A stretch of 42,458 bases of DNA, from positions 2,145-44,602 of the forward strand of contig CAZOLB010000002.1 of the NCBI GenBank assembly GCA_964580825.1, given 5' to 3'. The DNA is from an uncultured Gammaproteobacteria bacterium (GTDB lineage: Bacteria; Patescibacteriota; Patescibacteriia; UBA2591; UBA6264). Below the pieces are notes generated by a model. That model was given only the letters and a program-made list of their open reading frames with translations. It was not told where the DNA came from and did no database searches. Shown piece by piece: positions 41,609 to 42,458 of this stretch. The translations under genes and the position numbers were made by a program. The first letter of the stretch is position 1, and each line of letters starts with the position of its first letter.

Positions 41609-42093
41609 AATACCCTTTTTAATTTCCTCACGGCTTTTAATTTTTTAAAATATGAGACCCTGTCAGTAATGAGCACTCCATCCAAATGGTCAATTTCATG
41701 CTGAAAAACTCGAGCTAATAAGCCATCGGCTTTAATCTTAACCCTTTGCTTTTGCTCCAATAAATAACCCTCTATTTCTATTTCTCTGGCTCTTTTTATT
41801 TTTAAAACTACTTTAGGCAAACTTAAACAGCCCTCATAATCATATTGAGATTCTTTTGATTTGCCGATAATTCGAGGATTAATTAAAGAAAAAGACCTTT
41901 GGCCGATATCCGCAATGATAATCCGCCTTTTATCTCCCACTTGAGGCGCGGCCAAACCAATGCCTTTTTCTTGACGCATAATTTCCAGCATCGCCCTAGC
42001 AAGCATCTCGACTTCCAGATTCATTTCTCCGACTTCCTGGCATTTTTGACGCAGAAGCGGATCCCCATATTTTATTATTTTCAGCAAAGACAT
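41599..42093 (-). CDS. def: Peptide deformylase
   Basis: GIGLAAPQVG, EGCLS, QHEIDHLDG. Confidence 0.96.
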   Translation of the reverse strand: MSLLKIIKYGDPLLRQKCQEVGEMNLEVEMLARAMLEIMRQEKGIGLAAPQVGDKRRIIIADIGQRSFSLINPRIIGKSKESQYDYEGCLSLPKVVLKIKRAREIEIEGYLLEQKQRVKIKADGLLARVFQHEIDHLDGVLITDRVSYFKKLKAVRKLKRVLRV

Positions 42094-42179
42094 ATTTTCA
42101 ATATTTTAACATTTACAGATAAAAAAACAATCCGATTAAGGATTTTTTTTAAAAACTTCCATTGTATATTTTATTTCCC

Positions 42180-42458
42180 TTATCTTTCAAACCTTAACCT
42201 CTTGATCATCTCTTTTCTCAATTTGTTGGCCGGCAACATTTTATAAACCGCCCGACGAAGAACTTCTCCCGGATTTTTTTCAAACACTTCGCCCATCTTT
42301 TTGGTTTTTAATCCTCCGGGGTGGCCGCTGTGATGATAATATTTTTTTTGCTCCAATTTTTGCCCCGTAATTTTTATTTTTCCGATATTCTTGACCACGA
42401 CGATATCGCCGGTATCAAAATTGGGAAGATACTCAACATTTCTCTTGCCGTCCAAAAT
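42180..42458 (-). CDS. rplM: 50S ribosomal protein L13 (5'-partial)
   Basis: DTGDIVVVKN, TGQKLEQKKYYHHSGHPGGLK, AVYKMLP.NKL. Confidence 0.95.
   Translation of the reverse strand: MLDGKRNVEYLPNFDTGDIVVVKNIGKIKITGQKLEQKKYYHHSGHPGGLKTKKMGEVFEKNPGEVLRRAVYKMLPANKLRKEMIKRLRFER

Noticed and set aside
1-42458. CRISPR array, IS transposase, reverse transcriptase or recoded genetic code
   Set aside because: No regularly spaced repeats or such ORFs were seen. Genes translate intact with code 11, and TGA serves as a stop (e.g. 16316, 28883).

Overview
AT-rich bacterial chromosomal segment, most consistent with a Patescibacteria/CPR (Parcubacteria-like) genome. This assignment is inferred from gene content and order, scarce Shine-Dalgarno sites and the RNase P RNA type. 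The window is mostly minus-strand housekeeping genes for tRNA modification and charging (miaB, miaA, mtaB, gatB, serS, lysS, hisS), RNA and DNA processing (rnpB, rnhA, recJ, pnp, NYN, tatD, UvrD-nuclease, archease-rtcB), translation (rpsO, rplM, arfB, def, ybeY), division (ftsA, ftsE) and envelope glycosylation, plus four tRNAs. No CRISPR array, prophage or transposase was seen. The most unusual signals are these. (i) Two CDSs (a xer-like recombinase and def) have their stop codon at nucleotides 8-10 of the downstream tRNA, so RNase P processing would create non-stop mRNAs, and arfB lies in the same window. (ii) tRNA-Thr is enclosed by a 19-nt inverted repeat and preceded by an orphan tRNA 5' fragment, upstream of archease-rtcB. 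(iii) A divergent DHH-like protein and a NYN protein sit inside rpsO-pnp. (iv) Two distantly similar small ORFs form self-contained counter-strand cassettes. (v) TTGACA promoters consistently have 16-bp spacers, and several starts look leaderless. (vi) Hairpin and heptamer micro-insertions occur in core proteins. (vii) Several canonical operon partners (ftsZ, ftsX, rpsI, fmt) are missing next to their mates. All protein calls come from motif recognition only; no searches were run.
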